From the NCBI GenBank assembly GCA_963676395.1, contig OY781066.1:736001-800000 (forward strand): a stretch of 64,000 bases of DNA, read 5' to 3'. A program made the translations under genes and the position numbers. Position 1 is the stretch's first letter. Every line of letters starts with the position of its first letter. This stretch comes from a bacterium. GTDB taxonomy: Bacteria > Fidelibacterota > Fidelibacteria > Fidelibacterales > Fidelibacteraceae. The notes below the pieces were generated by a model. The model was given only the letters and a program-made list of their open reading frames with translations. It was not told where the DNA came from and searched no databases. Below are positions 53,733 through 62,422 of this stretch, one piece after another.

Positions 53733-53798
53733 TGCTTAACAGTCACGCATTAGCAAAACCATACGAATCAGTTAAAGATAGAGAAATTGGAGTTATAC

Positions 53799-55046
53799 AT
53801 GATCCGCGAACTCGCACAAAAAACAAACGCAGCCTACCAGGCTTTTTTAGATACGGGCACACCCGAAAAGAAAAACGCTATTTTGGCCTCTATTGCCGAG
53901 GGATTGGAAGCCTCACGCAAAGACCTGAAACATTGCAATCAGAAAGATCTCAATATCGGTCGCGAAAAGCACCTGACGGAAGCCTTTCTTGATAGACTGG
54001 CGCTAAACGACAAGCGAATTGACGACATGATCCAATCGTGTCGCGAGCTTATCGACCTACCAGATCCCGTGGGTGAAATTTACGAAAGCGAAAAACGCCC
54101 TCAGGGATTTACGGTCTCTCGCATGCGCGTTCCCATTGGTGTAATAGGTATTATTTACGAAGCACGTCCTAACGTGACCATCGAAGCCGCTACCTTGTGC
54201 ATGAAATCAGGGAACGGTGTCATCCTGCGCGGCGGTTCGAACGCCTATCACAGCAATATGGCTCTGGTTAAAATCATTCAAAAAGCATTAAAAGACAATG
54301 AGGTGGATGAACATCTTATTTCCTACTTGAATACCACGGACAGGTCCGCCGTGGAGGAATTACTCCAACAGGATGACCTCGTTCACCTCATTATTCCACG
54401 TGGTGGTGAGTCGCTGATCCGCAGTGTGGTAGAAAAATCACGCATCCCCGTGCTTAAGCACTACAAAGGCGTTTGCCATGTGTATGTACATGAAAAGGCC
54501 GACCTAAACAAAGCGCTGAAGATCGCTGTCAATGCCAAGGTCCAACGCCCTGCCACCTGTAACTCTGCCGAAACCTTGCTGGTGGATGAGGCTATTGCGG
54601 CAGACTTCCTGCCCAAAGTGCTTCCAGCCCTTCAGCAAGAAGGTGTTGAGATCCGCGGATGCACAAAAACTCTTTCAATTTTTCCCAAGAATGTTTCAGC
54701 TGCGGAAAATTCGGACTATGCGGCTGAATTTTTAGACTTGATCCTCGCCGTGAAAGTCGTAAAAAATATCAATGACGCTATCAACCACATCTCAACATAT
54801 GGTTCCGGTCACACCGAAGCCATTTTGAGTGAAGATAAAACAGCTACCGCTCATTTCATTCGGAACACGGATACCGCCTCCGTTATCGTCAATGCCAGTA
54901 CAAGACTGGCGGACGGGGGCGTTTACGGTTTAGGTGCAGAGATCGGTATTTCGACAGATAGATTACATGCACGCGGTCCAATGGGCTTAAAAGAATTATG
55001 TACCTATAAATGGGTAGTAACTGGTGATGGACATATCCGCGAATAA
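53799..55046 (+). CDS. proA: Gamma-glutamyl phosphate reductase
   Basis: VPIGVIGIIYEARPNVT, IIPRGG, CNSAETLL, NASTRLADG, EIGISTDRLHARGPMGL. Confidence 0.98.
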   Translation: MIRELAQKTNAAYQAFLDTGTPEKKNAILASIAEGLEASRKDLKHCNQKDLNIGREKHLTEAFLDRLALNDKRIDDMIQSCRELIDLPDPVGEIYESEKRPQGFTVSRMRVPIGVIGIIYEARPNVTIEAATLCMKSGNGVILRGGSNAYHSNMALVKIIQKALKDNEVDEHLISYLNTTDRSAVEELLQQDDLVHLIIPRGGESLIRSVVEKSRIPVLKHYKGVCHVYVHEKADLNKALKIAVNAKVQRPATCNSAETLLVDEAIAADFLPKVLPALQQEGVEIRGCTKTLSIFPKNVSAAENSDYAAEFLDLILAVKVVKNINDAINHISTYGSGHTEAILSEDKTATAHFIRNTDTASVIVNASTRLADGGVYGLGAEIGISTDRLHARGPMGLKELCTYKWVVTGDGHIRE

Positions 55047-55104
55047 TAAACTCTACACCCGAAGGTCAACAGACCCTAACATATACAAAAATGTTAATCA
55101 TAAA

Positions 55105-55137
55105 TAAAGGGCACAAAGTTTTGTGCCCCTATTTTTT
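55105..55137. terminator. Probable bidirectional terminator between convergent genes
   Basis: AGGGCACAAA-g-TTTTGTGCCCCT followed by a T run. Confidence 0.7.
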
Positions 55138-55161
55138 CCTTTTAACTTTTTCCCTTTTCCT

Positions 55162-56202
55162 TTAAAAGGTAAACCCCTGCGGAATGCGTCTGGCCGGGAA
55201 AGGTGTATTGAGATTAAAATATAAATTAGCGATCTCTTCACCTCGAATAGAGATCTTATATTCTTCGATAGGACGAAATTCATCCGGACCTTCCAACGTT
55301 CCGGTTCGAACATAATGAATCTTTTCACCTGATTGGGTTTTTAAAAGATCAAGATACCTTAGCACATCATCTTTGGATTTAATAGGAATTGTATTCTGGG
55401 CACTGAACCCGAAATCATCTACCAACTGATCATCGGTTTCTTTTTGTTCGCGAATTGGTCTGGCATACTGCCGGATCCTTTCATTCATCAAATCTTTTGT
55501 TTCGTTATAATTTTTATTCAAAGCCTCATAGCTCTGAGTTTGAGGTTCGCCCAATTTAGGATCCAGTCGAGCTGCATTTACCGATGATCCGCTGAGCGAT
55601 CTGGCATAGTTCATCAGTTGACCATCTGCAGAACGAGGTTCCGTATAAGTGGAAAATGAATTATTCGCATAAGGTTTTTGCTCAATATATCCGTCAAAAT
55701 TTTTAGGAGAACCATTCTGCGGCTTTACTGCAGGACGAGGTGCCTCATATTGAGGGTTGACAACTTGTTTGGGAGCTTCAGCCCGAGGTTTTGGCGTTTC
55801 CCTCACAACTGCCGGACTAGCACTTACAGCTGTACTAAAAATGGAATTATTGGTATAAGGTCTTTGTTCGATAAAACTATTAAAATCTCTGAGTTCCTGA
55901 TTTTGCGATCGAAGCGTTTGCTCCGGCCGATTATTTAAGCTTCTTGTATTGTTTCGACGTGAATTTACATATGGTGTAGCAGTCTGAGGACGATCAACAA
56001 CCAAGGTATCAAAATTCCGAGGTTTTTGAACAATATGAGGTCTTAAATGCGCAGGAGTTGAGCTATAACTCTCCTGATAATAATCCACCGCTTGTCTCGG
56101 ATTTGATCCTTTTCTATTCCGGACGATACCGCTTATAACCAGGATCGTCGAAACAAAAATAATCGTTCCGAAACCTATCAGTACTAAAAAACTAAACAGC
56201 AT
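55162..56202 (-). CDS. Hypothetical membrane-anchored protein (N-terminal TM, repeated low-complexity linker, small C-terminal domain)
   Basis: Hydrophobic residues 1-26, P/Q/N/S-rich linker with internal repeats, globular C-terminus ending PQGFTF. Confidence 0.7.
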   Translation of the reverse strand: MLFSFLVLIGFGTIIFVSTILVISGIVRNRKGSNPRQAVDYYQESYSSTPAHLRPHIVQKPRNFDTLVVDRPQTATPYVNSRRNNTRSLNNRPEQTLRSQNQELRDFNSFIEQRPYTNNSIFSTAVSASPAVVRETPKPRAEAPKQVVNPQYEAPRPAVKPQNGSPKNFDGYIEQKPYANNSFSTYTEPRSADGQLMNYARSLSGSSVNAARLDPKLGEPQTQSYEALNKNYNETKDLMNERIRQYARPIREQKETDDQLVDDFGFSAQNTIPIKSKDDVLRYLDLLKTQSGEKIHYVRTGTLEGPDEFRPIEEYKISIRGEEIANLYFNLNTPFPARRIPQGFTF

Positions 56203-56610
56203 GATGTTATACCTACCCTTCTACCATAATATTGCCACCACAATATTTGATACATCATGTTAAAAAACCCGAACTGTCGTGACAGTTCCAATTTTTCTTA
56301 CCATATACACAAAGAACCCGCTCTCTTCTCTCATAGGGGCGATCTATTAAAATTCCTTTCTTAAATTTTAATTTCTACCTGCGAAATAAATTAAATTGAA
56401 AAAGTCAGATTGTAAAGGATTATTTTGATTTACAGGCGATTAGAATAAATAATATTTATTCAAACAGGAGGCGAAAATATCTCTCACCACGCGCTCATTC
56501 CATCTCAATAAAACAAATTATCCATCAATTCATATCAAGCATAAATTTTTGTGCCTCTCTCCATTTATATTATTTATATTCTCACACAAAAGACAACAAG
56601 GAATCAGAAC

Positions 56611-57597
56611 ATGAATTCAACAAAAATCAGATCAATAGGTGTATTAACTTCCGGTGGTGACGCTCCGGGCATGAATGCCGCCGTGCGTTCGGTAGTTAGA
56701 ACAGCTCTCTACAATAATTTAGAGGTTTACGGAATATACAATGGTTATCAAGGGATGCTTGATAACACCATGAAGGCAATGAGCTCCCGATCGGTCAGCA
56801 ATATCATCCAAACCGGCGGCACGATCTTAAAAACCGCCCGTTGCAAGGAATTTAGAACCTATGAAGGCCGCAAACGGGGTTACGATAACCTGAAAGCGCG
56901 TGGCATTGAAGCGCTGGTTGTCATCGGCGGTGACGGTAGCTTTGCCGGCGCCAAGGAATTTTCCACCGAGTTCGATATTCCCGTCGTGGGCATCCCCGGC
57001 ACCATTGATAACGATATCGTGGGCACGGAATACACCATCGGTTACGATACCGCCCTGAACACCGTCGTGGAAGCCGTGGACAAGATCCGCGACACCGCCT
57101 CGGCGCACAATCGTTTATTTTTTATCGAGATCATGGGCCGACATGCCGGATTTTTGACCTTGAATGGCGGCATTGCCACCGGCGCAGAAGCGATATTGGT
57201 CCCCGAGATCAAAGGCGATTTTGAGAAGCTTAAAAAATATCTGGACAATGACAATTTAAAGCACAAAAAAAGTTCGATCGTACTGGTAGCCGAAGGTGAT
57301 GAAGCCGGTGGTGCCTTCAAGATATCGAGAGAAGTCGAAAAGCTCTACCCCGAATACGATGTGCGCGTCACCATCCTGGGCCACATTCAGCGCGGAGGCT
57401 CTCCCACCGCCCGGGACCGCATCAACGCCTCTCGCATGGGAGCCGCATCGGTGCAGGCCCTGCTGTCCGGCGAAAGCGATATCATGATCGGCCTGGTGCA
57501 CGGCCAGATCGTGCATAATCTCTTTGCGGATACCAAGAGGGAAAAGCGGAAACTGAATCAGCAGTTGCTGGACTTAATGGATATTTTATCTATCTAA
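56611..57597 (+). CDS. pfkA: ATP-dependent 6-phosphofructokinase
   Basis: LTSGGDAPGMN, GGTILKTAR, IGGDGS, PGTIDND, EIMGR, LGHIQRGG. Gly at both ATP/PPi specificity positions. Confidence 0.97.
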   Translation: MNSTKIRSIGVLTSGGDAPGMNAAVRSVVRTALYNNLEVYGIYNGYQGMLDNTMKAMSSRSVSNIIQTGGTILKTARCKEFRTYEGRKRGYDNLKARGIEALVVIGGDGSFAGAKEFSTEFDIPVVGIPGTIDNDIVGTEYTIGYDTALNTVVEAVDKIRDTASAHNRLFFIEIMGRHAGFLTLNGGIATGAEAILVPEIKGDFEKLKKYLDNDNLKHKKSSIVLVAEGDEAGGAFKISREVEKLYPEYDVRVTILGHIQRGGSPTARDRINASRMGAASVQALLSGESDIMIGLVHGQIVHNLFADTKREKRKLNQQLLDLMDILSI

Positions 57598-57621
57598 AGG
57601 CATCACACAAAGATAAAAGTA

Positions 57622-57790
57622 TAAAACCCCGAGCTAGTCGAGGGGTTAAACTAAGTAATAACCCGGGGTGAAACCCCAGGAAAAAGCACTCCCTAAAAAT
57701 ACAACCCAGTCCGTCAACTGACGGAGAGGGGTTGAACAAAATCTCCCCTTCTTTTCTTTGCCCGTCAAAGAAAAGAAGCAAAAGAAACTC
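57622..57790. repeat. Cluster of hairpins / REP-like elements
   Basis: AACCCC..GGGGTT, ACCCGGGGTGAAACCCCAGG, CCGTCAACTGACGG (compare CCGTCAGCTGACG at 11101), CTTCTTTTCTTTG-cccgt-CAAAGAAAAGAAG. Confidence 0.6.
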
Positions 57791-57820
57791 GCCGCTGCAC
57801 CAGCTTTGGCTAATTACTCG

Positions 57821-58231
57821 TCACGCATTACGTCTTAAAAAATCAATGATATGATAGAGTTCGCGAGGACGATTTAAATCAACAACGATTAATTTATCAA
57901 GCTTTCCATGTTCTTCCAGCACCTGCCTATCCGCATCACGCGGCGCATCATCCAGCCAAATAAAATCCGAGTCCAGATCAATGCCCTCCGTCTTCAGTCT
58001 GCACCAATTCGTGGGCTTGATGCGCTTCAGCTTTTCCATTGTGGCCTCATCGAAATAGCGGGCCAGTAAGCGCAAGGTAAAACGTGGGTCGCCGTCTTTG
58101 CCATATGACGTGAGCCAATAACAATTAAAATGATTAACCGCAAAATCGATTAGTTCGACTGATCCGGGAGCGGGTTGGGTGTGATGAGAGGCAAGGAGGA
58201 CGCCGTCGATGTCGATGTAAAGGGATTTCAT
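57821..58231 (-). CDS. Small cap-less HAD phosphatase (Swiss-Army-Knife RNA-repair HAD-like), intact copy
   Basis: YIDIDGVL (DxD motif I), WLTS (motif II), LKT (Lys, motif III), WLDD (motif IV). ATGA overlap with the upstream ATPase. Confidence 0.72.
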   Translation of the reverse strand: MKSLYIDIDGVLLASHHTQPAPGSVELIDFAVNHFNCYWLTSYGKDGDPRFTLRLLARYFDEATMEKLKRIKPTNWCRLKTEGIDLDSDFIWLDDAPRDADRQVLEEHGKLDKLIVVDLNRPRELYHIIDFLRRNA

Positions 58232-59586
58232 TTTTTACTATTCACAAAATACTCAATATATTCATTTAATTTTGTTGTACAATAATAAGGCAAATTCATT
58301 AGAAAATATGGGGTACCAGCGGGTGTTGTATGTTCATCAATAGAAAACTCTCCAGCATAAAGGCGGATAGCGTAGGGATGGTTCGAAGCATCGATAAATT
58401 GATGGAGTGAACGTAATTTCCCGGCTTTACCTGATTTAATTTCTATTGGTACTAATATTGATTTGTGTTTGATCAACAAGTCCACTTCCGATGTGGTGCG
58501 ATTACTTTCTCTGACCCAGAAATTCGGTTTTTCATCTTGAAGAGCATTACAAGAAATAATTTCTTGAGTGATCATATGAGGTATTATTGACCCACGATAT
58601 TCATTAGTCAGATCAGAAAGTTTTAACATTTCAGCTTGAATACCTAAAACATAATTAACAATTCCCGTATCAAGAAATTGCATCCTTGGTGATTTAAGTT
58701 TATCTGGAACTATCGGTGGTGTTATAGATGTACTTGGATATATTAAGCGAATAACACGAGCTGTATCTAAGGTTCTAAAAGCTTCACTAACTTCTCGCGA
58801 TTTATAATTTGACCTGCCAAAATTATTAAATTTGATTCTTTGATCAATATATTGGGTGCCGATATCGATAATATGCTTTAAAACCTTCCTTTCTGTCTCA
58901 TTTGAAGCATACTTTTCAACATCAAACTTATATGTCCCCCAAATACTTTCATATATGCTGGGGAGATTGGTTAGACTTCCATCATCAAGATATTGATTTA
59001 AGATTTCCGGCATTCCACCAATAATAACAAAGCGATTATATTCATTTAATAACAATTTATGTGCTGATTCTGATATGGGTATTTCATGAATTTTGTTTAA
59101 TAATTCAATTAAGCCTTTTGCTTCTAAATATTCCAGAAAATTCATTGGATATAAATAAAGAAATTCAACTCGAGCTACCGGAAAGGTTTTTATATGTTTT
59201 AATGCAAACTCCAACGAAGAACCTGCAGCTATAACATACAGATCAGGGAATTCCTCATAAAAATACCTCAACATCTTTATTGCTTCGGGAGATTCTTGAA
59301 TTTCATCAATAAACAATAAGGTTTTATCAATATCATTAATTGAAATATTATTTCTTAAGAATAGAGATTCTATTAATACCTGAACATTATTAAAATCTAT
59401 AAAGAACCGGAAATCTTCATCTTTCTCAAGATTTAACATGATCTCATATTTAAAAGATTGGGAAAAATGATTTACTAGAGTCGTTTTACCTACTTGCCTG
59501 GCTCCACGAATAACCAGAGGCTTACGATTATTCTTGTCTTTCCAGTCTAATAAATGTTGATAAGCCTGTCTATTAAATACGTTCAT
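58228..59586 (-). CDS. AAA_14 ATPase with C-terminal DUF4143 / PD-(D/E)xK-like domain
   Basis: GARQVGKT, FIDEIQ, AAGSS, PMNFLEY, GGMPE, DTG, EVDLL...PIEIKSG. Start ATG 59586 after GAGGA. Confidence 0.9.
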   Translation of the reverse strand: MNVFNRQAYQHLLDWKDKNNRKPLVIRGARQVGKTTLVNHFSQSFKYEIMLNLEKDEDFRFFIDFNNVQVLIESLFLRNNISINDIDKTLLFIDEIQESPEAIKMLRYFYEEFPDLYVIAAGSSLEFALKHIKTFPVARVEFLYLYPMNFLEYLEAKGLIELLNKIHEIPISESAHKLLLNEYNRFVIIGGMPEILNQYLDDGSLTNLPSIYESIWGTYKFDVEKYASNETERKVLKHIIDIGTQYIDQRIKFNNFGRSNYKSREVSEAFRTLDTARVIRLIYPSTSITPPIVPDKLKSPRMQFLDTGIVNYVLGIQAEMLKLSDLTNEYRGSIIPHMITQEIISCNALQDEKPNFWVRESNRTTSEVDLLIKHKSILVPIEIKSGKAGKLRSLHQFIDASNHPYAIRLYAGEFSIDEHTTPAGTPYFLMNLPYYCTTKLNEYIEYFVNSKK

Positions 59587-59597
59587 ACTACATCCTC

Positions 59598-59682
59598 GTA
59601 ACATTACCTAGGTTAATCTAGTAGTATATTGTAACATTGCCTAGGTAATTTTTGAAATACTTTGTAACATTACCTAGGTAAT
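59598..59682 (-). promoter_or_regulatory. Promoter with three direct-repeat palindromic boxes (GTAACATTRCCTAGGT, 33-bp period)
   Basis: Boxes at 59598, 59631 and 59664. Minus strand TTCAAA(59656-59651)-N17-TACAAT(59633-59628) with an extended TGn. Confidence 0.75.
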
Positions 59683-59789
59683 ACTTTCATTTACTAGTAG
59701 TAAAACAAAACTAAATACTATGTGAATTCTAGTCTGGGTTATTGTTTGTATCAAAGGCATAAAGATTAATGTGCCTATTCATACTTATA

Positions 59790-60176
59790 CTACGTATAAG
59801 TATGATAAGACAAGGTATTTTTTCTTTGAGCCTGAAAGGCGTGAAAATGCCCTTCAACCCCTTCCCTTTTGCCTTGCGAACGCAGTGAGAGATCATCCAG
59901 CCAAACAAAATCCGAGTCCAAATCAATGCCCTCCGTCTTCAGCCTGCGCCAGGTCGTGGGCTTGATGCGTTTCAGCTTCTCCATTGTGGCCGCATCGAAA
60001 TAGCGGGCCAGCAAGCGCAAGGCAAAACGCGGGTCGCCGTCTTTGCCATATGACGTGAGCCAATAACAATCAAAATGATTGACGGCAAGGTCGATCAGTT
60101 CGACGGCTCCAGGGGCAGCAATGGAATGACTTGACCTTAAAAGGACACCGTCGATGTCAATATATAATTGCTTCAC
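59790..60176 (-). pseudogene. Second, C-terminally truncated copy of the HAD phosphatase
   Basis: First 95 aa are 85% identical (14 differences) to 57821..58231. Homology ends abruptly at WLDD, then the frame reads into repeat DNA. Confidence 0.7.
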
Positions 60177-60206
60177 TTTAATCTTTTGCCTTGAATTTAG
60201 AATATT

Positions 60207-61010
60207 TTATGGCTGGTCTTGGGGAAGTGTTTCAAATTTAAATTTAGCATCATAAACAACTGTGCTGAGATAATGCAACAAGGAAATAGCTTTATTGCTG
60301 ATAGTTTCATTGTCATAGTCTACATCATCACCATGAAAAATTTCATTTCGCGTTACTAATTTTCTATCATCATCTTTAGTATGTTTTCCAAAAGCACTTT
60401 TATACTTCAAAGGTGATAGTAACATTTCAGTTACAATATCTGGGTTTATCTTTTCCAACCACATTACTGATTCAGGTCTAAATTTTCCCATAATCTTTTT
60501 ATTACTAAAAAATTTAACACCAAGTAACTTTTTTGAAACCCAGTCTATTTGAGTAAGAAACACAGGAATACTTGATATATAATCTTTTCTTTTATGAGCT
60601 TTAAATGCACTTTCAAAATACTTTTCTCTTTGGGGAAATTTCTCAATTAAATCGTTCTTAATCTTATTGGTATTTTTCTTAATGAAGCTATTCATAATGT
60701 CATCAACTTCTACTTCATTTCCAATAGTGGCATTCCCAGCTAAAAAAATGATGTCTCTAAAGCCTAATTTTTCACTAATATACCAGCCATAATCAGCGAG
60801 TTTTTGAATATATTCTGGACTTCTATTAATGATTTGATTAAGCAAGCTAACAATAAGTTCAAATATAGCACCAGCTATTTTACCGGCAGCAAGCAATAGT
60901 ATTCCAAAAACATTATTACCTTGGAAGTCATTTAAATCTTTATTTGCTTTTCTAATGCCAGATTCAAGATTACTCATATCTTTTGAAGTGATTATAACTT
61001 TATTATCCAT
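60207..61010 (-). CDS. Hypothetical protein with a HEPN-like RxxxxH motif
   Basis: AFKAH...YISSIPVFLTQID helix and RNEIFHG near the C-terminus. AT-rich. Overlaps the upstream toxin gene by 8 nt. Confidence 0.55.
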   Translation of the reverse strand: MDNKVIITSKDMSNLESGIRKANKDLNDFQGNNVFGILLLAAGKIAGAIFELIVSLLNQIINRSPEYIQKLADYGWYISEKLGFRDIIFLAGNATIGNEVEVDDIMNSFIKKNTNKIKNDLIEKFPQREKYFESAFKAHKRKDYISSIPVFLTQIDWVSKKLLGVKFFSNKKIMGKFRPESVMWLEKINPDIVTEMLLSPLKYKSAFGKHTKDDDRKLVTRNEIFHGDDVDYDNETISNKAISLLHYLSTVVYDAKFKFETLPQDQP

Positions 61011-61377
61011 TGACGTTCTCTATCTTAAACTCTTTCACCCTCTTCCTGTCCTCATTTTCTTTATCACCCTTGAAATAAATCTCGATCAGGGTGATCTCCA
61101 TCCTCTTTGGAAAGAAAGCATAGATCAAACGGAGTCCGGTATTGTTTCCTTTGCCGGGAAATGAGCGGGAGGCAAATTTCTTTACTTTATAAAGTTGCAG
61201 GTCCTCGGTGTTACCTGCTCCTTGCATTGGTATTACGTTGTGACATATATTATAAACATGACAGAGTTCGATCGCGGATCTTTTTAAGGTTTCAAGATCT
61301 TCCGGAAGCGTTCTAAAGCGCTTTGCCAGATTCTTGAGATCTTTATCAAATTCCGGTAGACTGTTATACTTCATCAT
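61003..61377 (-). CDS. RelE/HigB-like toxin
   Basis: FDKDLKNL...YKVK...GKG..TGLRLIY...LIEIYFKG pattern, 124 aa, overlapping an antitoxin-like gene. Confidence 0.7.
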   Translation of the reverse strand: MMKYNSLPEFDKDLKNLAKRFRTLPEDLETLKRSAIELCHVYNICHNVIPMQGAGNTEDLQLYKVKKFASRSFPGKGNNTGLRLIYAFFPKRMEITLIEIYFKGDKENEDRKRVKEFKIENVNG

Positions 61378-62137
61378 AGTTACGCTGTGAGAACTCCGGT
61401 GTGCGATAGAATACGGATTCGTAATCTATGGGTTTTTGATCTTCTGCTGTGATCCATGGTACATCCTTATGAGAATATGTTTCCATTTGCCTTGCGGTAA
61501 AATTTTTAAAGCGTTCAATATTCTTATCGATCAGATCTTTTTCCCTTGCATTAAGCAGAGAAAGATCAGCATTACGTAGGGGTATATATTTTCTTTGTGG
61601 CAGATCATGGAATTCAACACTTACTGTTTTAATGTCTTTATTTTTTTCCATTTCTTTCACGATAGTCGGAAATTCAGGAGGTGTGGGACCGTAGTGATTT
61701 TTAATATAGACCGCACCCATTAATTGCTCCTCGTATTTCTCATAGTAATCAAAATCGATGAAATAGAGCAATTTACAGAGCACAGCTTTGCCCACATTGG
61801 GACGAGCTCCGATCTCCTCCAGGATATAGAGCAGAACCTCTTTAAACTTCTCAACCCGCTTCTGAGGAACCGATATTCGAACACTTGGTTGCTCTCCTTC
61901 CGTATCATCACTGCCCTCTTCAAGTGTTACCTGAGCCTGAGGTGTCATTCTCTCCTCGATCAGGTCAGCCACCTTCATATGGTAGTGCCGCGCCAGCTTT
62001 TGCGCCTGTATCACATTCAGCGGTTGTTTGCCGCTCTCTATGGCTATGTATGTCGGCCGGGAAACACCCATGATCTTTGCGATTTGTTCCTGGGTCCCGC
62101 CGTGAGATTCACGAAGTGACTTCATGAATGAACTCAT
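61364..62137 (-). CDS. XRE-HTH plus DUF4065 (SocA/Panacea) antitoxin
   Basis: TQEQIAKIMGVSRPTYIAIESG helix-turn-helix, then LCKLLYFIDF...Y...YGPTP...YSHKDVPW. Confidence 0.85.
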   Translation of the reverse strand: MSSFMKSLRESHGGTQEQIAKIMGVSRPTYIAIESGKQPLNVIQAQKLARHYHMKVADLIEERMTPQAQVTLEEGSDDTEGEQPSVRISVPQKRVEKFKEVLLYILEEIGARPNVGKAVLCKLLYFIDFDYYEKYEEQLMGAVYIKNHYGPTPPEFPTIVKEMEKNKDIKTVSVEFHDLPQRKYIPLRNADLSLLNAREKDLIDKNIERFKNFTARQMETYSHKDVPWITAEDQKPIDYESVFYRTPEFSQRNYDEV

Positions 62138-62171
62138 TTTTTCTCCTCTTTGCCTTGTTTGTCGTCAGCCA

Positions 62172-62200
62172 AATATACAATATGTTATTATTATTGACAA
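62172..62200 (-). promoter_or_regulatory. sigma70-type promoter of the antitoxin operon
   Basis: Minus strand TTGTCA-N17-TATATT, then GAGGAG RBS. Confidence 0.65.
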
Positions 62201-62422
62201 GTGTTATGTTAGATATTTTTACATTTTGTGACTCGCATCACTTTTTCCAAGACAAACAATGGCTTTATCATGAATTTGACAGTTTTGTGAAATAACAATT
62301 ATTATAAGCTAGCCCCCGTAATACTATATAAGGGGCAATAAGTATAATTAATTCATTTTGTTATTATTCTGGTAATTTGCTATAATTGTGATGTAATTTC
62401 TGATAAATGTTTTGTGTAGCCT

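Noticed and set aside
53738..53780. Resemblance to the 5' part of a c-di-GMP-I riboswitch (GTCACGCA...GCAAAACCAT.CGAA)
   Set aside because: The pairing strand and second stem are missing, and the proB-proA gap is only about 66 nt.
53732..53992. 86-aa ORF between proB and proA
   Set aside because: It mostly overlaps proA out of frame and has no recognisable motif.
59598..59682. CRISPR mini-array
   Set aside because: The 33-bp period leaves only about 14-17 bp between boxes, and the boxes coincide with promoter elements, which fits operators better.
57947..60176. Diversity-generating retroelement template/variable repeat pair
   Set aside because: Mismatches involve all four bases rather than only adenines, and there is no reverse transcriptase in the window.
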